Below, piece by piece: positions 61,271-64,000 of a stretch of 64,000 bases of DNA. Source of the stretch: Felis catus (lineage: Eukaryota); the NCBI RefSeq assembly GCF_018350175.1, contig NC_058368.1, forward strand, positions 228,410,001 to 228,474,000, written 5' to 3'. The notes under the pieces were generated by a model. The model did no database searches and had not been told where the DNA came from. It saw only the letters and a program-made list of their open reading frames with translations. Each line of letters opens with the position of its first letter. Position 1 is the stretch's first letter. A program made the translations under genes and the position numbers.

Positions 61271-63549
61271 CTCACTTACTTTGTTTCCACCACAGGAAGT
61301 TTTGTTTCGCCTTGGAATCTTCCTACAGAGTATCCGTATTATTAAGATGATTCAACAAGAAATCAGACTTGGGTGACATTTTAGAACTGTGAACATTTGT
61401 CAGGAATCCTCACAAACGCACAGCACACACCTGAGTGTGCACACGTTCACACGCCCACACACCCACGTACTTGCTCTTCCTCCCTGCAGTAGTCTTTTCT
61501 GTGGTCCTAAATAACCTCATGTGTTCCCAAAAGACCATCCTTGCTGCTCCCTTACTGTTTGGCTCAACACGCATTGCAGATTTGGAGGTGTCTTCCCAGG
61601 GATAATGCCGAAGATTGGGCGAGTTTTTTTGTTGTTGCTTAAACTGAGAGAATGTTTAACTTCTGGAGGATTTCTGCTGCTAAGACTCTCTGCTTTCTGC
61701 CCATTAGAGCTTTCTTTCATGTCTCTTCAGCCTGGCTTGCCTGTGAGGTGTTGTGACTCTGAGGTCGGGGGACAGCTGTGCATGCTGGGAAATTCGAAAA
61801 GAGTGGGGAGCCTTGTCTTATTCTATGTGGCATGTAACCTTTCACATTATTCTAATAAAAATGACATTTATGATTGCAGCCTTCTGTGAACTTTCAGAAG
61901 GCAGTTGTAATAAAATTGCTGCCTGGATTTTAGATAGCGTCTTTAACTTTGAATTGTGTTAACAGTATGCCAGAGTCAATGAGATACTGACGCAAAGTTT
62001 TCCTTTACCACTCAGAATGCAACCTCGATATTAATGTTTTCTGTCCACCCTGAGTTAAAATCTGTAAAAGAATAAGTTTTGAAAAAAATTAAAGATAGGT
62101 CGTATCATAGGAGGGTTTTTTTGTTTTGTGTTGTTTTGTTTTGTTTTGTTTTGTTTTGTTTTCTCTGGGTGAGGTTTGTAGCATAATTTTGTTTCTCCAA
62201 AGGATTGAGATGGTGCCTACTGGAGCTCACCTGAACAAACTCTCTGAACCTTTTGAAATTACCCCTTCAATCTGAAATCACCTCTTCTGAAGGATCAGAA
62301 TTGTCTGCCTTGGTTACCTGGAAGCTGACGTTTCCCCCGAGTCAAAAGGATATGTTGAGGTTTTTCAGCAGGGGTTCACTCCTCTACCTAGGATATTAGG
62401 TAGATATTAATGATATTAATATTAATGAACCACAGTGACCACCCACATAGCTTCCATGTTTGTCAGCTTTACACAGACACATCTGTGGTAGCATCTAAAC
62501 ATCAAACTGTAAGCACCCATTGATACTGAATGTCATTTGATCAGTTGCTTTCATGGTATCTTAAAACCAGAATCAAACTCACCTTTATCTTCCCTATTTT
62601 GTCCGTTTCAGATCGCCTGTCAGAGCTGCCCTGAATTTTTCAATGAGATCAATTAATTGGTCTGCCTCTAAGACTTGCTTTAGGTTTGATCACAACAGTT
62701 ATACCCTTCATGATGTTCCCAGTTGTTTTGTGATCCACGAAACATGCCCTACGGATGCTTTTGTCCTAAGCTCACATAGTCCCCTTAGGAAGGTCATGCT
62801 CACAATTAATGATTCCAAAGGCCTTTGGCACCTGAGATACTTGGCATTCTGTGAAATAAGATGTATTTTTATGCTGTTTCTCATTAATTATTACTGGAGT
62901 GCTGGCATGGTTTTCCCTAAATGGTTTTGGTGAATATTGAGATCATGTTTTTTCTCCAAGTCCTGCATTTTATGAGAAAGCTGAGTAATTTGAGTAAGAC
63001 CCGAAGCCTGAATCGTGGCCTCTTCATTTAATACTTGCAGAGAAAGTTTTACCTCTTCATTTAAACTGGTCACAAATCCATATTTCTTCTCTCTCTTTTC
63101 TCCTATGTTTGTCAAGAATGGCTCTCTTCAAACTCAGCCGGGAGCAAGCCAAACCTCCTAAAGGAAATTACAGTGAGAAGGGAGGGGAGAGGTGACAGTT
63201 ATCAGCTCACAATATGACAAGAGCATCCATCATGTCTGCTTTGAGGCCAGGGTCTGGGTAGAGGGAAAAAGGAATAAAGCAAATAGAAGTACGGAGGGCT
63301 TAAATGGTGTCTCAGTAAGCACAGCGGTTGTTAACCTCTGACTGGGACCCTGTTTCCTTTGCCCTCCTTACACCTGAGGTTGTCATCAGGTTTCTTCCTG
63401 GACCAGGGAGAGGTGCAAAGCTCTCCCATCAACAGCTCCTTTGGGTTCTCTTTCATGATTTTAATTTTTAATGTTTAATAAGAACTTTTATTACCTTAGC
63501 TAGCATGATGTTTCATGATCAAATAGTTATTCAAGGATATGCCATTCAC

Positions 63550-63781
63550 CATGAGAAGAATATGCTCTTTGTTGAGACTGGCCCAAGGACAAGAAAGTGA
63601 TTAATGACAGTCTTGAATTCAGCCTGTGGGCTAGAGCCAAGCTGAGCTCACCAGTAGCCTAAATTGAGCCATCATAGCCAACCTGCAGAAATATAAGGAA
63701 GAAAAACAATGCTGTTATAAACCACTGAATTTGAGGGTGTTTTGTTACATGAGGTTATTACAGCAATAGCTGACAAATACA
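63550..63781 (+). mobile_element. MaLR LTR 3' part (MLT1J/K-like)
   Basis: gttataaaccactgaatttgagggtgttttgttac..cagcaatagctgacaaataca. Confidence 0.7.
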
Positions 63782-64000
63782 ATCACAAATTGAGGAAACA
63801 TTGATGTTCTTATGACACATATTTTAATTTTGACAAATTGTTATCAGACTTCTAGTTTTTCACAAATTTATCTAGATTGTAACTCTTTGGAAGTCAGAAA
63901 CAATATCTATTTGAATGGTGGTCTTTAAATAAATATTAGACATTAAATCAATGCTCAATAAAAATTTACTGACAGTGAAGTATGAAACTGTCCTACTTTC

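Larger units (their letters stand above)
33542..63115 (-). pseudogene. Putative multi-exon unitary pseudogene, VWA3-like (vWA-domain repeats); 5' end uncertain
   Basis: Exon-like segments in transcript order: about 63115-62583, 62387-62231, 61740-61516, 61322-61280, 58675-58087, about 57810-57782, 55544-55311, about 55190-55000, 52743-52683, 47629-47526, 46304-46213, 45653-45454, 43397-43137, 41721-41467, 38665-38480, 36603-36495, 33658-33542. Most have AG acceptors and GTRAG-like donors. Translations contain stops and frameshifts but show vWA/VWA3-like motifs, recognised by eye. Confidence 0.55.

Overview
Mammalian genomic DNA from a feliform carnivore, most likely a cat-family species (many feline-type CAN-SINEs and a feline-type L1). 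No intact cellular gene was found, and most ORF-track hits are repeat-derived or chance ORFs. Main content: (1) A full-length, disabled L1 on the minus strand (17464-25720). It splits an older MaLR LTR, carries a short 3' transduction, and is itself interrupted by a 938-bp class II (betaretrovirus/ERV-K-like) solo LTR (19470-20407; TG...CA ends, 6-bp TSD ATTCTA). The U3 of that LTR holds an ORF for a Cys/Trp-rich protein with an apparent signal peptide, in the position MMTV uses for sag. (2) A chain of about 16 decayed minus-strand exon-like segments (33542-63115), most with AG/GT boundaries. Their translations repeatedly resemble VWA3A/VWA3B-type vWA repeats, suggesting an unannotated unitary pseudogene. 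(3) Usual eutherian and carnivore repeats, plus several small repair scars, including a 35-bp templated insertion inside a SINE. All family assignments were made by eye; no searches were run.
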